Below are positions 56,685 to 64,000 of a DNA stretch of 64,000 nt, in pieces. The stretch lies in IMG/VR virus record IMGVR_UViG_3300007513_001761, positions 49,249-113,248 of that record; one strand, given 5' to 3'. This stretch comes from a virus. The notes beneath the pieces are model-generated. The model was not told the origin of the DNA, made no database searches, and worked only from the letters and a program-made list of their open reading frames with translations. The position numbers were made by a program, and so were the translations under genes. How positions within the stretch are numbered: the first letter of the stretch is position 1; each line of letters opens with the position of its first letter.

Positions 56685-58061
56685 TCAGGCGCTGCTGATC
56701 AAGTCCAGTTCTCCCAAATGAAACCACACGGACCTCACCCACTTGTGCTCGGAGTTGATGTGGTTCGTGTGGAAATAGACGAGATAGGATGTGTCTATCA
56801 TCGGATGTGGCGGTCGGCTGATCTCCACGATAATGCCCAGCATGTGGTGTGCTGTAAAACGTTTGGGTTTGACCAAATCACCGATTTTCACTGATCACCT
56901 CTATGTTTTCGGGACACTCAGCCGAAAGACCCTCAACATCGGTCCACATAGGAGTATCCCAGTGTACCAGCACTTGTTTGTGATCCCACCCGGTATTTAT
57001 ACACATCACAATACCGAATCGTCTTGATCCAGACAGTAGGTTAGCTTTCGTTGGGCGTACTAGATCACCCACTTTCATCGTACACCTCAAAAGGTTTATA
57101 TGTAAGTCGGTTAAACCATTTGGCTGGGTAGGCGGTAAGACCATGACCCCACAAAATGTGATATTCGCTCGGGTGTCCCTCGTGCATGACGATTTTTACC
57201 AACAAACCCAGCCAAGATTGGGTGTAGTCTAGCCCTGGCCTTGCTTGATGCGCCTTAGAAAACATCACCAGATCACCCACTTTCATTTACAACCTCCATT
57301 TGTTCAAGGGGTGTGGAGTAGATTTGGCCATCCCACAACACATAGGCGCGAGTAATGACCGGATAGCCTTCGGCGTCTCTGCCGATAGCAACGATGTCAT
57401 CCCGAATAAAAACCCCAAGAACGGGTTTCTCATGCGGACCAAACATTACTTTCACCAAATCACCGGGCTTCACTGATCACCTCTGCTTCGTCATTAGCCA
57501 GTTCCCACTCGCCACAATCAAACTGAACGATCCACATCTGACAGCCGTGTCGGTATTCTTCTTGCTTCTTCACCACTCCGAGGCGGCTGCTTTCATGGAA
57601 GCAAAAGAAACATTCACACTCTCCTTGGCTGTACCCAGGACAATCCGCAACCTTTACTAAGTCACCCACTTTCATTTACAACCTCCAACATCGCGCGCAT
57701 GTGCCAGCTTTTGCCATGGCGTGGCCAGATCACGATGGCATCATTCCACACATCACAATCGAGATCGCGGTCCAGCGAATAGCCTCTTTGTTCAAAAGCA
57801 ATCACAATGCCATATCCCATCTCATCAATGGTTTTGCGGAGAGCGTCACGGTCTAGTAGCTCGTCATTCTTTAGTCTAACGATGTCACCCACTTTCATTG
57901 ATCACCTCATAGTTCCAGCCTTGTAGCCAGCCCGCCTCTCCGATAACCTTTATCCACCCCCCATCTGTGGCACGCACCAAGTAGGCTTTATCATAGCGAG
58001 TTGTGATAGACTTGGCTCTCACTAAGTCACCCACTTTAATCCGGGGCTTCACCTGCCTCAT
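56685..58061 (-). repeat. Cassette run 5: seven chained GDLV mini-genes (56685-56891, 56878-57078, 57065-57286, 57273-57473, 57460-57675, 57662-57898, 57885-58061)
   Basis: Six 14-nt overlaps; last member (58 aa) translated by hand. Confidence 0.9.
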
Positions 58062-58088
58062 CAATGCCTCTTTCTTTAGGTTGTGTCA

Positions 58089-58141
58089 ACTATACCACAG
58101 CCCCCTTAAACGGTCAAGCCTGTTTTGTCAGAGGCTTGTCA
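58089..58141 (-). promoter_or_regulatory. Composite promoter copy 13
   Basis: TGACA-N6-TGACA-N8-TTGACC-N17-TATAGT. Confidence 0.82.
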
Positions 58142-58267
58142 AGTTCAACGCGGCGAAGCTGCTCGCGAATAGTTTTTACGTTCTGATCTGTGAGGGTGGT
58201 CTGCACAGGCTCACAAAGATACCCGCGCAGCCACCACACAAACTGTGCGGCCGAAAGGTTTGTTTGG

Positions 58268-58567
58268 TCAAGACTCAAACTTGATGACTCCCGGCGGTAG
58301 TTCGCCATCCACCATCCCACCATGCTTGGCGATGACGGTGGCCACAGTGAACACGGGAACGTATGCGTACACGGTTTCGGTGGGCTTGGCATGATCCTCC
58401 ACGTATTCCATCAGCATCTCTTCTTTTTCGGAAGGAAAGCCCACTTCCACCTCGGTGTAACGTGTGGCGTGGTCCATTCGCGGGCTACAGTATGCTCCAT
58501 CGTGCGCTTGGACGCTCATTGTAAAGCCGTCCGCACACACTACCATTTTATTGCGTTTAAGGTTCAT
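58268..58567 (-). CDS. Hypothetical phage protein (CADGFTMSVQA family)
   Basis: GGAGG RBS before MNLKRN. Confidence 0.7.
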   Translation of the reverse strand: MNLKRNKMVVCADGFTMSVQAHDGAYCSPRMDHATRYTEVEVGFPSEKEEMLMEYVEDHAKPTETVYAYVPVFTVATVIAKHGGMVDGELPPGVIKFES

Positions 58568-58571
58568 TGTT

Positions 58572-58778
58572 TTATCCTCCTCTCTTGTCAAACAATGTGT
58601 CAATGCTTCCAGTGAAGCTGTTGGGCGCCATGTCGCGGAGATTTTCTCGCGTTCTCTTGGCAGCAATGCGACGTGCGGAATGATCCCCGCATGTCAGACA
58701 TGTATCATAGCCCAGTTCTTTGCGGCGGTAGTTGTACTCCTCTCCGCATTTAATGCATTCAGCGATTTTCGCTAACAT
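58572..58778 (-). CDS. C4 zinc-finger small protein (TraR/DksA-like spacing)
   Basis: CIKCGEE...R..LG...CLTC. Confidence 0.6.
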   Translation of the reverse strand: MLAKIAECIKCGEEYNYRRKELGYDTCLTCGDHSARRIAAKRTRENLRDMAPNSFTGSIDTLFDKRGG

Positions 58779-59019
58779 AATATTCTCCTTGGTTGTTGTA
58801 AAAGTGATATTGCCTTCTCAAATTGAAAAGGTTTGTTTCGCACTCTCGGGGTACTGCCCATCGTGCGCCGGGTTTCTTGGTGGTCCAGTGAATCTCCCAA
58901 AAGGCTGTGCCGTATTCTATCTTTCTCTCCGTCAAGATACCCTGACATCCTGGCTCCGCGTGGTGTGCGCTGGTGACTACGAGGTCACCTGGACTAAACT
59001 TATAGCGATTGTAGCTCAT
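58759..59019 (-). CDS. GDLV mini-protein (FSPGDLV)
   Basis: Motif pattern. Confidence 0.7.
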   Translation of the reverse strand: MSYNRYKFSPGDLVVTSAHHAEPGCQGILTERKIEYGTAFWEIHWTTKKPGARWAVPRECETNLFNLRRQYHFYNNQGEYYVSENR

Positions 59020-59261
59020 TTATTTCCTTTGCTGATTAGCTCAAGGTCAGTAGGGAGCCAGTCAAAGACGGAGCCGTCAGTGTGACGAACCTCCACCACT
59101 TCCGTGTGTTGAAAACTTGTACCGGCTGCTTTCATTTCTCCCTCCGAAACATTTATAACGACACCCGGATTGTAGATGGCAACGGGGAATCCTCCGTTTT
59201 CGGTGTGCCAGTCTGCGATGTTTGAATGCATTTGCACCAAGTCTCCAACTTCAAACTTCAT
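59016..59261 (-). CDS. GDLV mini-protein (FEVGDLV)
   Basis: GVVI...DLELI. Confidence 0.75.
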   Translation of the reverse strand: MKFEVGDLVQMHSNIADWHTENGGFPVAIYNPGVVINVSEGEMKAAGTSFQHTEVVEVRHTDGSVFDWLPTDLELISKGNK

Positions 59262-59285
59262 TTGTGCCTCCTAAAAAGGAAAAAT

Positions 59286-59534
59286 TTAGCGCGAAGTTTC
59301 GGCGGGTTCTTCGCCAACAATGCACACCACCTCTGCGTCTGTCTCAATCCACACGCGCGCGCCGCATGACAAAGGTTTATCTGGTGAGTATATAACTCGA
59401 CATGGCCCGTCAATGCGGGCTTCATGGCAATAGTCATTTGATTTATAAGTTTTAACCGTCAATACGGGCTCTCGCTCTCCTTTCTTTTGATTGGAGCGAA
59501 TGATGTGTTGATTAACGTGGATTCTTCTCTTCAT
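59286..59534 (-). CDS. Conserved phage hypothetical protein
   Basis: IHVNQH, YSPDKPLSCGARVWIET. Confidence 0.75.
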   Translation of the reverse strand: MKRRIHVNQHIIRSNQKKGEREPVLTVKTYKSNDYCHEARIDGPCRVIYSPDKPLSCGARVWIETDAEVVCIVGEEPAETSR

Positions 59535-59549
59535 CTTTCCTCTGCGGTC

Positions 59550-60041
59550 TTACCAGTTCACGCCTGTGGTTGCGGCGAAACGCCAATAATCATTTACATC
59601 TGGAATGTAGATAGCATGCACTGGCACACTAAACTTTCCGGCTGTCAAGGTATAGCCCACCGCGCCAACCAAATGAAAATAGTTATTTTCCCCACCTGGG
59701 TCAAAAGCTGAGAGGTTTGGTCCTACTCCTACTTGAAGCTGGTTGTTGATCTCAAAGCCAGCCAACACACTCACAGAGGGTGCAGCAAAACTCTGGTCTA
59801 ATCCTGCAATACTAAGGTTTTGAATGAAAAGCAAATCTAGCCATTCGCCCCCTTCCATCGTCTGCTGAAGCTCAAACCCCAACACGGTCATGTGAGGCGA
59901 ATTTACATCTGCGTCTGCTTCTTCGGCGCCGTTAACATAGTTATACCCAAAACGCAAACCTTTCCGAGAATCCCAGTTCTCGGCCATAGCTGTGGATGAC
60001 AACGTCAATGCTGCCATGCACGTCAAAATCTTCTTAATCAT
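59550..60041 (-). CDS. Small outer-membrane beta-barrel protein
   Basis: Signal peptide (AMA), alternating strands, C-terminal TGVNW. Confidence 0.7.
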   Translation of the reverse strand: MIKKILTCMAALTLSSTAMAENWDSRKGLRFGYNYVNGAEEADADVNSPHMTVLGFELQQTMEGGEWLDLLFIQNLSIAGLDQSFAAPSVSVLAGFEINNQLQVGVGPNLSAFDPGGENNYFHLVGAVGYTLTAGKFSVPVHAIYIPDVNDYWRFAATTGVNW

Positions 60042-60070
60042 ATCTTTCTCCTATTTCGTTTAAGAATCTG

Positions 60071-60147
60071 TGGCACCCCCAGCAGGATTCGAACCTGCGG
60101 CCCACGGCTTAGAAGGCCGTTGCTCTATCCATCTGAGCTATGGGGGT
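60071..60147 (-). tRNA. tRNA-Arg(UCU)
   Basis: ACCCCCA/TGGGGGT acceptor stem, CT-TCT-AA loop, encoded CCA. Confidence 0.95.
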
Positions 60148-60160
60148 GTAGCTCTATGAT

Positions 60161-60189
60161 AGTATACTATTTTGTAGGTCCAGTGTCAA
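60161..60189 (-). promoter_or_regulatory. sigma70 promoter for tRNA-Arg
   Basis: TTGACA-N17-TATACT. Confidence 0.8.
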
Positions 60190-60374
60190 GTGTTATTTTG
60201 CTTTATGTACACTTCATTCTCGCCTGCAACTAACGCAATCACAGTCACCGCTGGTGGCCAAAACTCACCAAACTTTTTCTGTGCTTCCTCTAGTGCTGCA
60301 CGCTTGTCATTAGATCCATAAAAGACCTTGTGAGAGTATGCGCTGCCATCATGTAAAATAGCTGTCCATGTCAT
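60186..60374 (-). CDS. Hypothetical small protein
   Basis: AGGAG RBS. Confidence 0.6.
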   Translation of the reverse strand: MTWTAILHDGSAYSHKVFYGSNDKRAALEEAQKKFGEFWPPAVTVIALVAGENEVYIKQNNT

Positions 60375-60393
60375 TTTGTTTCTCCTATTGAAG

Positions 60394-60469
60394 TGGTGGG
60401 TTGTCAGGGGTTCGAACCCTGGACCTAAAGGTTAAAAGCCTTTTGCTCTCCCGACTGAGCTAACAACCC
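60394..60469 (-). tRNA. tRNA-Lys(UUU)
   Basis: GGGTTGT/ACAACCC acceptor stem, CT-TTT-AA loop, CCA. Confidence 0.95.
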
Positions 60470-60476
60470 CTAAAAG

Positions 60477-60553
60477 TGGTGGGCTCTCTGGGACTTGAAC
60501 CCAGGACCATTCGGTTATGAGCCGAGTGCTCTGACCAACTGAGCTAAGAGCCC
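60477..60553 (-). tRNA. tRNA with CAU anticodon (Ile2-like or elongator Met)
   Basis: GGGCTCT/AGAGCCC acceptor stem, CT-CAT-AA loop, CCA; paired 1-72 so not an initiator. Confidence 0.9.
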
Positions 60554-60677
60554 ATAAAAAAACCCCCCAGCACCATCTCCTTACGCATACGCTAGCAGAT
60601 AATCGCCGCTTATGTGTATCCTGGTGGCCTGCAGTGACTATGCGAACGCAACTTCGCCGCTGAACAAGGGCATGCAC

Positions 60678-60763
60678 TGGTAGCTCCGGTGGGAGTCGAA
60701 CCCACAAGCCCAATCGGGCGCGAGATTTTAAGTCTCGTGTGTATACCATTCCACCACGGAGCC
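60678..60763 (-). tRNA. tRNA-Leu(UAA)
   Basis: Long variable arm GCCCGATTGGGC, CT-TAA-AA loop, ACCA end. Confidence 0.95.
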
Positions 60764-60783
60764 TCTTAAATGATTACTCTACT

Positions 60784-60812
60784 AATATAGCAGATTTGGA
60801 GAGCAATGTCAA
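60784..60812 (-). promoter_or_regulatory. sigma70 promoter for tRNA cluster
   Basis: TTGACA-N17-TATATT. Confidence 0.75.
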
Positions 60813-60821
60813 CCCCTAACC

Positions 60822-61055
60822 CTAAAGTATTGTCATTTCCCAAGTGGTAAAATACCGTCGTTCGCCATCAACACACAACACCTCAAAATGGGCGGACTGA
60901 TCAAGAAAAATGGTGGCACCACTCCGCTTGCCTATGATGATTCCGATGTAATACACATCTTTGGCGTCATATGGAAAGGTGGTGATAAAGTAATAATCGA
61001 AATCATATTTGCATACCACCAAATCCCCCACCTTGAATTTTTCAGTTGGTACCAC
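60822..61055 (-). CDS. GDLV mini-protein
   Basis: FKVGDLV...GIII. Confidence 0.7.
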   Translation of the reverse strand: MVPTEKFKVGDLVVCKYDFDYYFITTFPYDAKDVYYIGIIIGKRSGATIFLDQSAHFEVLCVDGERRYFTTWEMTIL

Positions 61056-61069
61056 ATACTAACTATCAA

Positions 61070-61453
61070 CTAATACTTCTTAAACCAGTCGATGGGAAAC
61101 CATCCAGACTTTTGTTTCATTTCGCTCATTTCATAATCGGATGGCAGCTTAATCCATGATACCCACACAAATTCACGTTTGAGACGATTGTGTTCTCGAA
61201 TAGAGGGGGAATAAAAGGAATTATAGTGCATGAAGGCTTCGGCTATAGCTTTATTCTTGGACTTCTTAGTGAACAAATGGCGCAATGATTCGCGTTCTTT
61301 CCAAGTTCCTGCTTGGTGCCAATCGGTAAGAATCTCATCAAGGTCATCACAGATGTCTAGCTCTTCAATGGCATCCTCCATATGTTTAACCACCAACCCA
61401 AGACCCGGCTTCTTGCGCCGATAAAGGTATACTAAATCTCCTACTTTCACCAT
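61070..61453 (-). CDS. GDLV protein with helical insertion
   Basis: VKVGDLV...GLVV...V.W. Confidence 0.7.
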   Translation of the reverse strand: MVKVGDLVYLYRRKKPGLGLVVKHMEDAIEELDICDDLDEILTDWHQAGTWKERESLRHLFTKKSKNKAIAEAFMHYNSFYSPSIREHNRLKREFVWVSWIKLPSDYEMSEMKQKSGWFPIDWFKKY

Positions 61454-61454
61454 T

Positions 61455-61739
61455 TCAACCTGCCTTTAACACCAACGCATCAATGTACCCGTAAGGAACC
61501 TTTAGAAGAATAAAACGCCACCCCCTCCACTTAGGAGTGTGAAGAGCGTCACTTAAATAAGCCTCCAAAGGTTCAGAAGGTTCTTCTACCTCCACGTACA
61601 ACACCATGTGATTACCTCCATCGTCAGACTCAAACCTAACTGCATGCCGCAAATCACAAATCTCTTTCACATGTTTCTTTAAGGCAGCAGATGCCTTATC
61701 TTTAGTTTCTTTTTCACCTGCAAAATGTAAGTTAGCCAT
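61455..61739 (-). CDS. Hypothetical protein
   Basis: GGAG RBS. Confidence 0.65.
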   Translation of the reverse strand: MANLHFAGEKETKDKASAALKKHVKEICDLRHAVRFESDDGGNHMVLYVEVEEPSEPLEAYLSDALHTPKWRGWRFILLKVPYGYIDALVLKAG

Positions 61740-61979
61740 CTAATCTCCTCCGTTCAAGATTTCAAATTCATCATGTATCATGTTTAATATAGTCCATCCC
61801 TCATTATCAAAACAAAAGATAACGGCGTTGTAAGGTTCTACTGGTGAGATTTCCATCACAATTCCGTAGTTGTATATTGGCCCTTCCAGAACCACCCCGG
61901 TTGAATTAGGGGGCGCTGTATAGTATTTATAGTCTACCACCCAGCGCACTAGTGAACCTTTTTGCGGCCGCTGCTCCAT
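61740..61979 (-). CDS. GDLV-type mini-protein (QKGSLV)
   Basis: YGIVM...FEILN. Confidence 0.6.
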   Translation of the reverse strand: MEQRPQKGSLVRWVVDYKYYTAPPNSTGVVLEGPIYNYGIVMEISPVEPYNAVIFCFDNEGWTILNMIHDEFEILNGGD

Positions 61980-62053
61980 GTTATAACTATGTTCAACACA
62001 AAACAACTCTATACATTATAATTCATTCGTGTGTCGCTGTCCACCTTCTCATC

Positions 62054-62317
62054 TTATTCTTTCAGTTTTGTTTTAATGATCTTAGCTACACTTGGGCCGC
62101 TGCGATAGCGCACAAGCACATCACACTTTCCCTTAAGCATGTTTCGAAGGGTAGTAAGGGAAGGCTCGACACTTCGGCCTCCAATCTCTACTCTCACCGG
62201 TCGATTGCCTTGGTTAGCGATCTTTAGCGCATCACGGTGAACTGATTTAATAGAAGAATAAACCCCAAAGAAGTTATCTCCCCCGTCGAAGAGGCAATAA
62301 ATGTAGATGTTGGTCAC
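62054..62317 (-). CDS. Hypothetical protein
   Basis: ORF track. Confidence 0.55.
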   Translation of the reverse strand: MTNIYIYCLFDGGDNFFGVYSSIKSVHRDALKIANQGNRPVRVEIGGRSVEPSLTTLRNMLKGKCDVLVRYRSGPSVAKIIKTKLKE

Positions 62318-62586
62318 TGTGTATACTCATCTAAGTGACTAAACATTTTAGTAGCCAAAGCTATCATGCTTTCACACATCTCTAATTCTTCTCGCTTTTG
62401 GAGAATTAAAGATTTGTTTTCGCTCAACAAAACCTCCTCGTATTCTTGCATTAATTCTTGTTGATGTTTCATGGTGGTGTCAAAGTAATGTCCAGCGTAC
62501 AGGTTGGTTCCAAACTCTTGGATGTTTTTCACAGCATCCGCGAATGGCCCACAACTAAAGAAAGGCTCATAGCTCATTTGCCACAC
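62314..62586 (-). CDS. Hypothetical protein
   Basis: ORF track. Confidence 0.55.
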   Translation of the reverse strand: MWQMSYEPFFSCGPFADAVKNIQEFGTNLYAGHYFDTTMKHQQELMQEYEEVLLSENKSLILQKREELEMCESMIALATKMFSHLDEYTQ

Positions 62587-62831
62587 TTTTTACACCCTCC
62601 CGAGCGAGGAATAGGTCCGCGCCGAGTGTTCTTTTTTACTTTAATCTTTTGAAAATTTTCAATTTTGTCTTCCAGGACGCGGCCTTTTGCAATTGCTTTA
62701 ATAGTCCCTGCATCTGGCTTGTAAGCGCCACACAACACAATTTGCTGGGTCGGCTTGTGAAGAATATACTCTCCAGGGTGAACCTTTATTTTGTCGGTTA
62801 TCTTTTCAAACTCCATTTCATTCCTCTTCAA
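62574..62831 (-). CDS. Hypothetical basic protein
   Basis: ORF track. Confidence 0.55.
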   Translation of the reverse strand: MKRNEMEFEKITDKIKVHPGEYILHKPTQQIVLCGAYKPDAGTIKAIAKGRVLEDKIENFQKIKVKKNTRRGPIPRSGGCKKCGK

Positions 62832-63753
62832 TGCTCATGAGTTGATCATATGCCACATACTTCAAGTCGTGTAGCTTTTTTAAGGCGTCGTCGCGGCGCA
62901 AAATCTTAAACGCAATGTTCTCCGGTGAGAAAACGCTGTCAGGCGAACTCAAACCTGCCTTGCGCATGTCGCGGATCTTCTCTTTGATGCGGTCGATACA
63001 CCGCAAAGCTAACTCGTAGTCCTGACGGTTCTCCATGACCTCTGTCGCAATGCAGTCGATCCTATCTTTATAGTCTTGAGCTTTCTTGTCGGCGGTTTCA
63101 TAATCAATGGTCTGCTCGCTGGGCGGTATAGGCTGTGCAATCCATTCGTTATCTAACAAAGAGTAGATTCCTGTAGAGTAGTGTTCCTCGTCTACATTCT
63201 CCAGGTACACCTCTACCTCAAAGCCATGTATCATAATGCGATGCTTGTCGTTCCAGCGCATCCGTGCCTGGTCAAAAAATGCTTTGACTAGCTCGACATT
63301 GTCATCAATTTTGGAGAAGTCTACAACGATGTGTAGGTCGATGTCTGAGTACTTTGACCAGGTATAGTTGGCCAGCGAACCGGTGAACCTCAAGTCCTCC
63401 ATCCTCACCGGCACATCCAGGTCTTCTAGAAAGTCGTGGGTGATTTCCATGAGACGCTGGCGTACTTCAGGGCGAAGCTCGTCACCATCCCAAATGTCAG
63501 GTTGTAACTCGTCATGTGGCTGAAAGCTCTCCTCCTCTGCTTCTTCCAATGCTGGGGCTGAAATATCATCAAAATTCTTCCCCTTAAAGCTCACCTTAAC
63601 ATTGTCAAGTGGGCTTCCTTCTTGTGCTTTTTTCGATCCTTTATTCGAACCCACACCATAATCGCCCATGTCGCTCTTAAGGCGCGCCGGCTCTACTCGC
63701 TTTCGGTAACCCTCGGCCTCCCGTAACACCTGTAAGTATTCATTCCAACTCAT
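62818..63753 (-). CDS. Pol-beta-superfamily nucleotidyltransferase with WNEYL..LRE N-terminus
   Basis: FTGSLANY.W..YSDIDLH, EVEVY, ENIAFKILRR. Confidence 0.85.
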   Translation of the reverse strand: MSWNEYLQVLREAEGYRKRVEPARLKSDMGDYGVGSNKGSKKAQEGSPLDNVKVSFKGKNFDDISAPALEEAEEESFQPHDELQPDIWDGDELRPEVRQRLMEITHDFLEDLDVPVRMEDLRFTGSLANYTWSKYSDIDLHIVVDFSKIDDNVELVKAFFDQARMRWNDKHRIMIHGFEVEVYLENVDEEHYSTGIYSLLDNEWIAQPIPPSEQTIDYETADKKAQDYKDRIDCIATEVMENRQDYELALRCIDRIKEKIRDMRKAGLSSPDSVFSPENIAFKILRRDDALKKLHDLKYVAYDQLMSIEEE

Positions 63754-63757
63754 CTTA

Positions 63758-64000
63758 TCACCTCATTCCTGCGCCAATTATGTCACAAGATACAGAATAT
63801 AGAATATAAGTAATAGCGGGCGAGTGAGTTACAATCGTCCAATCGATTGCATTCGTGCTCGTAACAACAGTTCCGTTATTACCCACGGCAACAATAGTAG
63901 TGCCATCTGTTGCAATTCCGCGCAGACTATATGATGTAGGATTGGGTGTGACTGCGGTCCATGTTGCACCATCCGCACTGTATGAAGTTTTTCCGTTACT
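63758..64000 (-). CDS. C-terminus of a beta-propeller (BNR/YCF48-like repeat) protein, truncated by window edge
   Basis: Manual translation ...YSADGATWT...IVAVGNNGTVVTSTNAIDWT... Confidence 0.65.
   Translation of the reverse strand, partial: SNGKTSYSADGATWTAVTPNPTSYSLRGIATDGTTIVAVGNNGTVVTSTNAIDWTIVTHSPAITYILYSVSCDIIGAGMR

Larger units (their letters stand above)
16573..61990 (-). promoter_or_regulatory. Dispersed candidate late-promoter motif (C/A)TANTTA, at least 15 copies just upstream of starts
   Basis: Plus-strand TAAnTA(G/T/C) at 16573, 18070, 18589, 28948, 29408, 29839, 37800, 39437, 40620, 41660, 41937, 42246, 42555, 61060, 61984, each 4-35 nt from an ORF start. Confidence 0.6.

Noticed and set aside
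56201-56891. Paralog pair as DGR template/variable repeat
   Set aside because: Differences are largely third-position and not adenine-specific; no reverse transcriptase in the window.
56685-58061. Regularly spaced ~30-bp repeats as a CRISPR array
   Set aside because: Repeats are degenerate, the 160-220 nt 'spacers' are intact homologous ORFs, and there is no cas operon; the Cas4-like nuclease is a solo phage type.
44012-58141. Integron with attC sites
   Set aside because: Junctions are not palindromic, lack RYYYAAC/GTTRRRY ends, and no tyrosine recombinase is visible.
60432-60749. 105-aa ORF over the tRNA cluster (likewise 17243-17500 and the 5' part of 22022-22285)
   Set aside because: Overlaps clear tRNA/tmRNA genes.
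1-64000. Alternative genetic code (stop reassignment) explaining the short ORFs
   Set aside because: Long enzymes are intact under code 11, short ORFs have their own RBS and starts in shifted frames, and no suppressor tRNA is seen.

Overview
A 64 kb fragment of what is almost certainly a large (jumbo/huge) tailed bacteriophage genome. Essentially all real genes are on the minus strand, the genetic code is standard, and no capsid, terminase or polymerase gene is in view. From left to right: (1) 1-13.4 kb is a nucleotide-sugar/glycan-modification cluster (epimerases, UDP-sugar dehydrogenase, five glycosyltransferases, methyl- and sulfotransferase, split ThDP enzyme, B12 radical SAM). (2) 13.4-42.5 kb is an AT-richer auxiliary/late-type region with a Cas4-like nuclease, PIN-PhoH, two tRNAs, tmRNA, HNH, PMM, lipoproteins and proteases. 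It includes a set of enzymes sharing an N-terminal 'MKLLLENWREYLxE' tag, and many genes are preceded by a short (C/A)TANTTA motif. (3) 43.6-58.2 kb is a GC-richer early-type region built from small gene cassettes. (4) 59-64 kb holds four more tRNAs and a Pol-beta-type nucleotidyltransferase. The most striking structure is in the early region, with three parts. First, more than 20 divergent 53-90 aa 'MKVGDLV...LEVI' small-barrel proteins are chained by a conserved junction: the downstream gene's Gly-Asp codons supply the upstream gene's stop, and the upstream tail supplies the downstream RBS (19 junctions with exactly 14-nt overlap). Second, there are 13 copies of a composite promoter of invariant geometry (TGACA-N6-TGACA-N8-[-35]-N17-[-10]). 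Third, a 183-nt multi-stem structured RNA candidate is closed by a perfect 15-bp helix. All family assignments come from motif recognition by eye; no searches were run.
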